Positions 44,629 through 52,366 of a stretch of DNA of 52,491 bases are shown here, piece by piece; the stretch's first letter is position 1, and each line of letters starts with the position of its first letter. The stretch lies in assembly GCA_937895785.1 (NCBI GenBank), contig CALBKW010000070.1:1-52491 (forward strand), written 5' to 3'. Source of the DNA: an uncultured Candidatus Melainabacteria bacterium. Its GTDB lineage: Bacteria > Cyanobacteriota > Vampirovibrionia > Gastranaerophilales > Gastranaerophilaceae. The notes beneath the pieces were generated by a model that saw nothing but the letters and a program-made list of their open reading frames with translations, searched no databases and was not told the DNA's origin. The position numbers were made by a program, and so were the translations under genes.

Positions 44629-45243
44629 CTAGTTTACCTTTTGATAATCATAGTTAGGGGCTTCATTTTTAATGAAGATAAAATTCAATAGAAATTCTTG
44701 ATTTTTATTTATTTTTAGAAAATCGCCTTTTTCTATTAATGAAAGTGGTGAATTTTCATAAACATTTTCGGCAGAAGCTTTTATGGTGTCTTTTTTATTT
44801 GTTGTGTTTTTATCTTCCATTGCTCCTTGAGCGGCATAAAATCCTGCAGTTGCAAGTGCTACTGGAACTCCGCCAAATATATAAAGTGCATTTGTAATAG
44901 TTTCTTTTGGTCTAAACTTTGTTGTGTATTGGGTTACAACGTTGGTAATAATCTGTTTTCTACCGTTTATATCAATATAACTTGTTGGAATATAAATGAA
45001 TGATGCACTTTGTTTTAAGCGTTTTGGTGGAATTGTTTGGTAAATATATCCGCTTATAATGGTATCTTTGTACAAGAACAAAGTATCATTAATAATGGGT
45101 TCATTTAGTTTTATTGTGAAATTATGTGGTGGATTATTGCTGTCAAATGGTGTAACCGCTTGAACCTTTACCTTTTTAGCAAAAGCTGTTTGAGGCACAA
45201 GTAAGCATAATATTAGGGATAAACAAAAAACTACTTTCTTCAT
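44629..45243 (-). CDS. Secreted hypothetical protein (tandem paralogue A)
   Basis: Signal peptide MKKVVFCLSLILCLLVPQTAFA. The start is taken at Met4 (45243) because the first ATG (45252) lies inside the predicted -10 box. Confidence 0.65.
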   Translation of the reverse strand: MKKVVFCLSLILCLLVPQTAFAKKVKVQAVTPFDSNNPPHNFTIKLNEPIINDTLFLYKDTIISGYIYQTIPPKRLKQSASFIYIPTSYIDINGRKQIITNVVTQYTTKFRPKETITNALYIFGGVPVALATAGFYAAQGAMEDKNTTNKKDTIKASAENVYENSPLSLIEKGDFLKINKNQEFLLNFIFIKNEAPNYDYQKVN

Positions 45244-45250
45244 AATGTAC

Positions 45251-45279
45251 ATTATATATTATTTAAAAAATTTTAGCAA
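45251..45279 (-). promoter_or_regulatory. Sigma-70-type promoter, possibly giving a leaderless mRNA
   Basis: On the - strand, TTGCTA (45279-45274) - 17 nt - TATAAT (45256-45251). The ATG at 45243 begins 8 nt after the -10, and no SD is present. Confidence 0.5.
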
Positions 45280-45280
45280 T

Positions 45281-45305
45281 AAAAAAGACTCCTTACGGAG
45301 TCCTT
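45281..45305 (-). terminator. Rho-independent terminator downstream of tRNA-Lys
   Basis: On the - strand, GGACTCC-GTAA-GGAGTC followed by TTTTTTATT. Confidence 0.75.
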
Positions 45306-45357
45306 CTATTTCGTTCAACCTTTTGATAACATTCTGAGGTTATCGGTTGAAATAAAG

Positions 45358-45433
45358 TGGTGCGCTTGGCGCGATTCGAACGCGCGACCTATCCCTTAAA
45401 AGGGGAGTGCTCTACCTGCTGAGCTACAAGCGC
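45358..45433 (-). tRNA. tRNA-Lys (anticodon UUU), CCA encoded
   Basis: The reverse complement gives: acceptor GCGCTTG/CAAGCGC, D arm GCTC-AGCAGGTA-GAGC, anticodon loop CTTTTAA (TTT), T arm GCGCG-TTCGAAT-CGCGC, discriminator A, CCA. Confidence 0.93.
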
Positions 45434-45553
45434 TCACTTTGTAAGCCTTTACCTTGCCTCGGGGGTGAAACCATTTCCCTATTCACCTTTCAGTCGAGTC
45501 CCTAACGAAACTACCGAGTGTCAAGTTCCAATCTTTCGATTTGGTGTAGTTAT

Positions 45554-45582
45554 AATCTACAATGAAAAAATTTCTAAGTCAA
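45554..45582 (-). promoter_or_regulatory. Sigma-70-type promoter candidate about 110 nt upstream of tRNA-Lys
   Basis: On the - strand, TTGACT (45582-45577) - 17 nt - TAGATT (45559-45554), just downstream of the XRE-gene terminator. Confidence 0.5.
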
Positions 45583-45609
45583 CTACTTTTTTAAATTTTT
45601 TTGAAAAAA

Positions 45610-45651
45610 GTTTTAAAAAGGGCGGATTTTGTGTTAACAAAATCCGCCCTT
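45610..45651 (-). terminator. Rho-independent terminator of the HTH gene
   Basis: AAGGGCGGATTTTGT / ACAAAATCCGCCCTT, loop GTTA, with a T-run downstream on the - strand. Confidence 0.88.
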
Positions 45652-45672
45652 CTGGTATGTAATTATTGAGTT

Positions 45673-46251
45673 TTAGGCATTTTCTTTTAGGTCGATATAT
45701 TTCTTTGCACAATCAAACATTGAGTTTACAAGTGCTGCATTTGAATAAATATTCATGCCACTTGCTTCAAGAACTTGTTTAACTCTATTTTCCCAAATTG
45801 TGTACGTTTCTTCTGTTGAAAGTTCGAGAACTTGACCTATCATACTCAACTCTTTGTAATCAAGTGGAACTGGCATTGCTCCCCTAAGAATATCAACCAT
45901 GTCCAAACGTTTTTTACGAGGAAAAGCCTTTAAAAAATTAACTACACTTAATTTTTTCTTCTGTAAATTATCTTTTAATACTTCAACTGCTTCATCAAGC
46001 ATGATTGGTTCTTGAGGAATTTTATATTCATCAAACATTTCTGGTTCAATTTCCATGACTGTCGCAATTCTTTCTAATGTAGTTCCTCTTGTTGAAAATG
46101 GTATTGAGTTGTCTATCAAGTTGTAAACATAAGATAATGTGACACCAATCATTTCTGCAAAGTCTTTTTTATGCAGATTTGCTTTTTCTAAAAAGTCGCT
46201 CACCATCTTGGAGCTTTTTTCTTTAATTATTGGTTTGTTTTCAGATTTCAT
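45673..46251 (-). CDS. XRE-family helix-turn-helix protein with an uncharacterised C-terminal domain
   Basis: ..LEKANLHKKDFAEMIGVTLSYVYNLIDN.. fits an HTH_3/XRE motif. 192 aa. Confidence 0.65.
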   Translation of the reverse strand: MKSENKPIIKEKSSKMVSDFLEKANLHKKDFAEMIGVTLSYVYNLIDNSIPFSTRGTTLERIATVMEIEPEMFDEYKIPQEPIMLDEAVEVLKDNLQKKKLSVVNFLKAFPRKKRLDMVDILRGAMPVPLDYKELSMIGQVLELSTEETYTIWENRVKQVLEASGMNIYSNAALVNSMFDCAKKYIDLKENA

Positions 46252-46426
46252 AACTAATCTCCCCTATAATCTTGATACTTTTTTGGAGTCTCCGTGTATC
46301 ATAAAATAAACCCATTTTATCTTTTTGTTAAGCGAAAGGTAGTTAATACCCTTGGTAATATTTATTTGCGTTAAAATTATAAACATAAAGGCTTATAATT
46401 AATTTGGATAACAAGAGGATATAACT

Positions 46427-46984
46427 TTGAAACTTATCGTTGCTCTAGGAAATGTCGGAGATAAATATAGTTTTACACGCCACAATATGGGCTTTATGGT
46501 AGCTGATTATTGGGCAGTGAATGAAGGTTTTTCTTTTAGAGAAGAATCAAAACTAAAATGTTTGTTTACTAAAATAAAATTCAATAACGAAGATATTATA
46601 ATAATCAAACCGACAACATATATGAATTTGTCAGGAGAAGCCGTTAGTTTGGTAATGAACTATTATAAAATTGATGTTAAAGACATGCTTGTAATTTATG
46701 ATGATTTATCAATTGAACTAGGTCGCCTAAGATTTAGAGCAAGTGGTTCTGATGGTGGTCATAATGGAATTAAGTCTGTAATTCAACATGCTGGTACAAA
46801 CAAGTTTGCTAGATTGAAAATCGGTATCGGTCCTCAACCTCCAATTCCTTCAGAATCTTTCGTTTTACAAAATTTCTCTAAAGAACAAGAACCTGTATTA
46901 AAAGATACATTAAAAACAGCCTTAGATGCCGTAAAGTGTTATTTAACTGATGGGTTAGATAGAGCGCAAAATAAATTTAATTAG
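46427..46984 (+). CDS. pth: Peptidyl-tRNA hydrolase
   Basis: TTG start 6 nt after SD AGAGGA. (M)KLIVALGNVGDKYSFTRHNMGF.., ..KPTTYMNLSGEAV.., ..GSDGGHNGIKS. Confidence 0.92.
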   Translation: MKLIVALGNVGDKYSFTRHNMGFMVADYWAVNEGFSFREESKLKCLFTKIKFNNEDIIIIKPTTYMNLSGEAVSLVMNYYKIDVKDMLVIYDDLSIELGRLRFRASGSDGGHNGIKSVIQHAGTNKFARLKIGIGPQPPIPSESFVLQNFSKEQEPVLKDTLKTALDAVKCYLTDGLDRAQNKFN

Positions 46985-47053
46985 TAAGGTTTACTATATA
47001 TTATATTTTTATTCCATGATTTAATATAAGAAAATAAGTGAAAGGTAAATAAA

Positions 47054-48472
47054 ATGACAATTGAACAAGCTGAACAATTTGAAGAACAAGAACTTTATGA
47101 TAAAGCATACTCTGAGTATAAAAAACTTTTAGAAAAAAGACCAAATAGTGTTGAACTTCTACAAAGATCTGCTCATGTTGCAAAAATTTTGGGACTAGTA
47201 GAAGATGCTGAAAAATATTTTTCAAAAATTGTAGAAGAAGACAAAGCAAATGTTATGGCTTATGAACAATTAATGGATTTATTTGAAAACACAGATAGAT
47301 ATAAATACTATACTTACCGTGGAAATTTACACGTATGTCAAGGACAATTACAACATGCTGCAGGTGACTTCAAAAAGGCACTAGACAAAGCTTATGATGA
47401 AGACCAAAGAAATATGACAAGATTTGTGCTAGCGGGACTTTATATGCAATTAAACAAGGACAATCAAGCTATTGATGAATACTTGCGATTAATTGATTCC
47501 CATGAAGCTCCACTTGAAGCGTACACTCAATTATCTCAGATTTATATGAAAGAAGGTATTTTATCTAGTGCTGCAGAAATCTTAGAAAGAGCAATTAAAG
47601 ACGGGCATGAAAATGAAGAAATTAAAAATAAATTAGCAGAAATTTATATTGCTAACAATCAAACTGATGCCGCATCAAAGGTTAGCTCTGATCCATTAGT
47701 TCAATTGAGATGTTTAATTGATGATGAAAAAATGGCAGAGGCTAAGTCTAAAATTGATGAAATGCAAGATAAATATAAGAAAAATCCTAAATTCTTATCA
47801 CTTGTAGCTCAATACTATTACACTGAAAAGAAATTTGATGAAGCGCTTGAAGCAGTTAATGAATTTGCAAAATTCGATAAAAATTCTCCATTAATTTATC
47901 AAATGAGAGCATTGATTTATGAAGAAAAAGGTGAATCTTACAATGAACACTATAACTGGGCAAAATATAATTTAGCTCGCGGAAACAAAGATGTTGCACT
48001 TAATGAATATATGTTTGCACTTCAACAAAAAGAAGACGATAAAGCTCTTTTGCTTACAATAGCCGAATTGTTAGATGATATGAACGATAAAACTCACGCT
48101 ATTGAATTTTATGAACGCTTGAGCAAAGTTGATTTAAACAACAAAAAAGCTCTCGAAAGATTAGGTGAATTTAGAGAAAGTATTGGCGATTACAAAATGG
48201 CGATAGAATATTTTGAAAAGCTTTATTGTTTAGATAATCGTAAATCTAATGTTCTAAAATCATTGGCAGTAGCTTATGAAAAAACTAAAAATCCAGTCAA
48301 AGCTGTTGAATTTTATAATAAATATCTTTCATCATCTGCAATTACTGACCAAGAAGTTGCAGCAATTAAAAAGAAATTAGAAAAATTAGAAGGTCAAGCT
48401 AAAACTTACAACGAAGCTTCAACTGAAGATGAAGGCTTGATTGATAAGATTATGAGATTTTTTAATAAATAA
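47054..48472 (+). CDS. Tetratricopeptide-repeat (TPR) protein
   Basis: 472 aa of repeated 34-aa helical units (..YDKAYSEYKKLLEKRPN.., ..AIEFYERLSKVDLNNKKALERLGEF.., ..AIEYFEKLYCLD..). Confidence 0.8.
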   Translation: MTIEQAEQFEEQELYDKAYSEYKKLLEKRPNSVELLQRSAHVAKILGLVEDAEKYFSKIVEEDKANVMAYEQLMDLFENTDRYKYYTYRGNLHVCQGQLQHAAGDFKKALDKAYDEDQRNMTRFVLAGLYMQLNKDNQAIDEYLRLIDSHEAPLEAYTQLSQIYMKEGILSSAAEILERAIKDGHENEEIKNKLAEIYIANNQTDAASKVSSDPLVQLRCLIDDEKMAEAKSKIDEMQDKYKKNPKFLSLVAQYYYTEKKFDEALEAVNEFAKFDKNSPLIYQMRALIYEEKGESYNEHYNWAKYNLARGNKDVALNEYMFALQQKEDDKALLLTIAELLDDMNDKTHAIEFYERLSKVDLNNKKALERLGEFRESIGDYKMAIEYFEKLYCLDNRKSNVLKSLAVAYEKTKNPVKAVEFYNKYLSSSAITDQEVAAIKKKLEKLEGQAKTYNEASTEDEGLIDKIMRFFNK

Positions 48473-48594
48473 GACAGTTAATATAATTGTTAACGAATGT
48501 AACAAAAAGTCCTGAAATCCATGCAAAACTAGCAAAAAACATGGTTTTTAGGACTTTATATCTATGTAGGTTAAAATTATTTTGTGTAGAAATT

Positions 48595-49218
48595 ATGGCA
48601 GTAAGTTCAATTAATTTAGCTCAAAACTTAATTACAAATAATCGTAGCAATAATGCAAACGTTGCCTTTAAAGGTGGCACTCCAGACTTGGATGCTTTGA
48701 AACAAAAGCAAGACGAATTTCGCAGAATGTCTGAGCAAGCAGGAGAAAATGGTGGCGTTATAGGTAAAATTGGTAGCTTTGCCACAAAAGCTATTGGTGT
48801 AATTATTGCATTTACTGCAACAAAAATCTGCTTGGATAAAGCCGCTGGTATGATTTCTGGTGCTATTGGTAAGTATTCTGATGCAGCAACACAAAAAGCA
48901 GTTGATGCCCTAAACAAAAAAGCATCTGAAAAAACAGGTGAAGAAGCAGCAAAATTAGCAGAAAAAGCAAAAAAATTAGCAGAAAAATTTGCTAAATCTA
49001 AGGGTGTTGCTGAGAAAATTCAAAGTACTGCTGTAAACATTATAGCAGGTGGGGCAGCAATAGGTGTAGCAATGAAAGATTTTGGCTTAGTTAAGAAACA
49101 AGTTTCTGACAGTGCTGAAAATCTTGTTGAAAGATCTATTGACAAAGCTAACGGTGACGACTATAATAGTAGCACATCAACTAGCAATGATTTTACAGTA
49201 AGTGATGACGAATTTTAG
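48595..49218 (+). CDS. Hypothetical Ala/Lys-rich protein with an N-terminal VAFKGG motif and Gly/Ala-rich hydrophobic segments
   Basis: The ATG at 48595 is chosen downstream of the hairpin at 48506-48557; no clear SD, so the start is uncertain. It shares the motif and composition with the next gene. Confidence 0.5.
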   Translation: MAVSSINLAQNLITNNRSNNANVAFKGGTPDLDALKQKQDEFRRMSEQAGENGGVIGKIGSFATKAIGVIIAFTATKICLDKAAGMISGAIGKYSDAATQKAVDALNKKASEKTGEEAAKLAEKAKKLAEKFAKSKGVAEKIQSTAVNIIAGGAAIGVAMKDFGLVKKQVSDSAENLVERSIDKANGDDYNSSTSTSNDFTVSDDEF

Positions 49219-49247
49219 TGAAAACGCTTTAGGAGGCAAAGTAAAAA

Positions 49248-49604
49248 ATGATTAGACCAGTTTCAATGGCAGCTCCACGTGTAGCATTTAGAGGTGGTGA
49301 AACAGGTGTTGATAAAACAGTAGATGCAGTTGATAAAGCTCAAAAAGCTTTGCAAACTATGAGCAATCTTACTGAAGGTGCAGATGAATTTAAGAAAAAT
49401 ATGAAAACTGATTCTGATGCTTATTCTGATGCAGTTACAGATACTTTAACAAAAGCTGCAGAAGAAAATAAAGCGTTAAAACCACTTGCGGAAGCTGCAA
49501 ATTCAAAAGCTGGTAAAACTGTAGCAGATGTATTTGGTAAATTTACAGCATTCTGTACAAACTTAGCTAGTGCTGCTACAACAGTTTCTACAATTGCAAA
49601 ATAA
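49248..49604 (+). CDS. Hypothetical Ala/Lys-rich protein with an N-terminal VAFRGG motif
   Basis: Strong SD AGGAGG. 118 aa. Followed by a terminator. Confidence 0.7.
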   Translation: MIRPVSMAAPRVAFRGGETGVDKTVDAVDKAQKALQTMSNLTEGADEFKKNMKTDSDAYSDAVTDTLTKAAEENKALKPLAEAANSKAGKTVADVFGKFTAFCTNLASAATTVSTIAK

Positions 49605-49625
49605 TAATTTCAGGATTTTATAACA

Positions 49626-49660
49626 AAAAGAGGGTTGATAATTTCAACTCTCTTTTTTTA
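49626..49660 (+). terminator. Rho-independent terminator
   Basis: AAGAGGGTTGA / TCAACTCTCTT stem, 5-nt loop, then TTTTTTT. Confidence 0.8.
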
Positions 49661-49676
49661 TGCTAAAATTTTGACT

Positions 49677-50822
49677 ATGGGGAAAGATTTTACAGTAAAG
49701 AAAATTTTAGATAGCAATATAGAACAAGAATTGGCAAAAGTCGGTTTTGATAGTTCTTACTTGCATAAAGGCACAAATAAATATAAATATTTGAACATGA
49801 AAATTTTTGATTTAACCTTACCTCAAGCAAATATTTTAAAACAAACAGCTCTTACTGTTGGCGCTGATTGTGCTGTTCATAGAGATATTTTAACCGCAAA
49901 TGTAGAAAAATCTGATTGTATTTTAGGTGGTAGTGTTTCTCAAATTCTAAAAATTTCAGATAAATTGAGAAAACAGCCTTTTTCAATGAAAAACTTGGCA
50001 GATATTTTAAATGAAATGACAAAAATAGAGCCAAAAGTTTTGCCAAAGCTAATGGGAATTTTGAATGTTACAAAAAATTCTTTTTCAGATGGTGGACAAT
50101 TTTATGATTTCAACAGTGCAATTGAGCATTTGCACAAATTAATTGAAGATGGCGCTGATATAATTGATATAGGTGCTGAAAGTACAAAACCGTTTTCTCA
50201 AGCAGTTAGTGCGCAAGACCAATTAAAAAAAATTGAACCAATATTATTATACATACATAAAAATAATATTAATATTCCGATTAGTATTGATACCCGTTCA
50301 AGCGAGGTAGCTACAAAAACAATGGATTTGGGTGCATCAATAATTAATGATGTTTCAGGGTTTGATTACGATGAAAAAATGCTTGATGTTGTTGCTCAAT
50401 TTGGTAAAAAAGTTATAATTCAGCACTCACAGGGTAATCCTGGAAACATGCAAGTTAAACCGACCTATGAAAATGTAGTTGATGAAATTTATTTTGCGTT
50501 AAAAAATAAAATTAAACTTGCAGAAGAAAAAGGAATTTGCAAAGATAATATAATTATAGACGTAGGTATTGGTTTTGGTAAAACTAAAGCACATAATTTT
50601 GAATTAATCAAACGAATAGAAGAATTTAAATCTCTTGGTTGTGAAGTTATGCTTGGAATTTCAAGAAAATCTTTACTCAACATGAATGATGAGCCAAACG
50701 AGGTTAAAGATATATATACAACAGCATTGAGTTCGTTGGCAATTGAACGAAATGTAGATTACTTGCGTGTTCACAACGTAAAAATGCATAAAAAACTTAT
50801 TGAATTAATGAAAAACTTTTAA
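49677..50822 (+). CDS. folP: Dihydropteroate synthase with a ~124-aa N-terminal extension
   Basis: GILNVTKNSFSDGG, DIIDIGAESTKP, ISIDT, IINDVSG, DVGIGFGKT, GISRKS. The start is taken at the ATG at 49677 because the ORF-track start lies within the upstream terminator. Confidence 0.9.
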   Translation: MGKDFTVKKILDSNIEQELAKVGFDSSYLHKGTNKYKYLNMKIFDLTLPQANILKQTALTVGADCAVHRDILTANVEKSDCILGGSVSQILKISDKLRKQPFSMKNLADILNEMTKIEPKVLPKLMGILNVTKNSFSDGGQFYDFNSAIEHLHKLIEDGADIIDIGAESTKPFSQAVSAQDQLKKIEPILLYIHKNNINIPISIDTRSSEVATKTMDLGASIINDVSGFDYDEKMLDVVAQFGKKVIIQHSQGNPGNMQVKPTYENVVDEIYFALKNKIKLAEEKGICKDNIIIDVGIGFGKTKAHNFELIKRIEEFKSLGCEVMLGISRKSLLNMNDEPNEVKDIYTTALSSLAIERNVDYLRVHNVKMHKKLIELMKNF

Positions 50823-50833
50823 GGAAATTAAGA

Positions 50834-51535
50834 ATGGAAATTTTAGCGATAATACCAGCTCGTGGCGGTTCAAAAGGTATTCCGAATAAGAATGTAAAAA
50901 TGTTAGCAGGTAAACCTTTAATTTATTATTCAATTGAAGCTGGGCAAAATTCTAAATATGTAACTCGTACTGTACTTTCAACAGAGGCTGAGAATGTTAA
51001 AAAAGTCGCACTTGAATATGGTTGCGAGGTTATTGATAGACCTATGGAATTGGCGCAAGATACAACAATGACAATTCCAGTCATGATTCACGTACTTGAT
51101 TATTTAAAGGAAAAAGAAGGTTATGAACCAGATGCGGTCGTGTTATTGCAACCAACTTGTCCTTTGAGAGATTCTAAACGCTTAGACAAAGTTATTGAAT
51201 GCTATTTTGAAAATTTGAAAAAAGGGCATGATTCGGTATTTGCTGTGCTAGATATCGGTATAACACACTCTTTATGGCGACAAATTCCAAATACAGAAAA
51301 AATTGAACCATTGTATGATTCACGTACAAGACCTCGCCGCCAAGATGAATACAGGCATTATCCAATGTATCGCGAAACAGGTTCTGCTTACATTTGTGAA
51401 ACGAAGGTTATGCGTGAAGTGAACGATTTTATTGGTAAAAATCCAATGGTATATGTTGTAAATCAATCAATTGATATTGATGAACCAACAGATTTTGATG
51501 AAATAGAAAAGATTTTAGAGGCTAGGAATAACTAA
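50834..51535 (+). CDS. neuA: Acylneuraminate (nonulosonic acid) cytidylyltransferase family protein
   Basis: ILAIIPARGGSKGIPNKNVKMLAGKPLI.., ..LLQPTCPLR... SD AAGGAA. Confidence 0.82.
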   Translation: MEILAIIPARGGSKGIPNKNVKMLAGKPLIYYSIEAGQNSKYVTRTVLSTEAENVKKVALEYGCEVIDRPMELAQDTTMTIPVMIHVLDYLKEKEGYEPDAVVLLQPTCPLRDSKRLDKVIECYFENLKKGHDSVFAVLDIGITHSLWRQIPNTEKIEPLYDSRTRPRRQDEYRHYPMYRETGSAYICETKVMREVNDFIGKNPMVYVVNQSIDIDEPTDFDEIEKILEARNN

Positions 51536-52209
51536 TGAATGAAGCATTATTTTTTATAACAATTATAGTTAACTTTGCAGGTGTAATTTTTGCATATAAA
51601 TTTTTTGGTAAAATGGGTGTATTTGCTTGGATTGCTCTAGCGACAATTGTTGCCAATGTTGAAGTTTTAAAATGTGTCGACATTTTTGGAATGGCACTAA
51701 CTTTAGGTAATGTGACGTATGGCTCAATCTTTTTAGCGACAGATATTTTGAACGAAAAATATGGTGTTGAAGAAGCACAAAAAAGTGTTTATTTGGGATT
51801 TTTTGCACTATTGATGTTTACAATAATTACACAAATTGATTTACACTACATTTCAAACGAAGCAGATTTTGCAGGAGAAGCAATGAAAACGCTGTTTACG
51901 ATTACTCCTAGAATTTGTTTTGCAAGTATGTCTGCTTATTTTGTTTCAAATATGATGGATGTTTATTTATATAAATTTATAAGAAACATTTTACCTTCAG
52001 ATAAATTTTTATGGGTAAGAAATAATGGCGCAACATGTTTAAGTCAATTATTTGATACTGCAATGTTTACATATATAGGTTTTGCTGGGGTTTTCTCAAA
52101 AGAAGTTGTATTCCAATTGTTTATAACAACATATCTAATTAAATTATTTATCGCAATTTTAGATACTCCATTTTTATATCTCGCAAAAAGAATTAAAAAT
52201 GATAATTAG
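51535..52209 (+). CDS. yhhQ: Queuosine precursor transporter (YhhQ/DUF165 family)
   Basis: Polytopic protein with ..YGSIFLATDILNEKYG.., ..MDVYLYKFI.., ..RNNGATCLSQLFDT... The ATG overlaps the neuA TAA by 1 nt. Confidence 0.8.
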   Translation: MNEALFFITIIVNFAGVIFAYKFFGKMGVFAWIALATIVANVEVLKCVDIFGMALTLGNVTYGSIFLATDILNEKYGVEEAQKSVYLGFFALLMFTIITQIDLHYISNEADFAGEAMKTLFTITPRICFASMSAYFVSNMMDVYLYKFIRNILPSDKFLWVRNNGATCLSQLFDTAMFTYIGFAGVFSKEVVFQLFITTYLIKLFIAILDTPFLYLAKRIKNDN

Positions 52210-52290
52210 TGACAAAATGTCACGATTAAATTTTGAATCGTGACAAAAATCACATTGTTACGCATTGTAAAATCGGTAAATTATTAAGGG

Positions 52291-52320
52291 TTGACAAAAC
52301 ACTTAATCTTATTTTATACT
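52291..52320 (+). promoter_or_regulatory. Sigma-70-type promoter
   Basis: TTGACA (52291-52296) - 18 nt - TATACT (52315-52320), 47 nt upstream of the ATG at 52367. Confidence 0.6.
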
Positions 52321-52366
52321 GTTGAATAAGGAAATCAATCACGATTGAAAAAAGGAGAAATAAAAA

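Noticed and set aside
45434-45560. Attempt to identify the tRNA-Lys leader as SRP (4.5S) RNA, 6S RNA, a c-di-GMP-I or purine riboswitch, or a hammerhead ribozyme
   Set aside because: The conserved cores I remember are absent: the SRP domain IV GGAAGCAGCC-type motif, the GEMM-I tetraloop-receptor arrangement and the CUGAUGA...GAAA hammerhead core. It is kept only as an unassigned structured leader.
45465-45662. 65-aa + strand ORF opposite the tRNA-Lys leader
   Set aside because: GTG start without SD. It runs through the tRNA-Lys promoter/leader and the XRE-gene terminator hairpin, so coding is implausible.
48487-48594. ORF-track TTG start at 48487 for the VAFKGG protein
   Set aside because: The added 36 aa (MLTNVTKSPEIHAKLAKNMVFRTLYLCRLKLFCVEI) would be translated through a 52-nt hairpin and are unlike the rest of the protein. 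The ATG at 48595 is preferred, though it has no clear SD.
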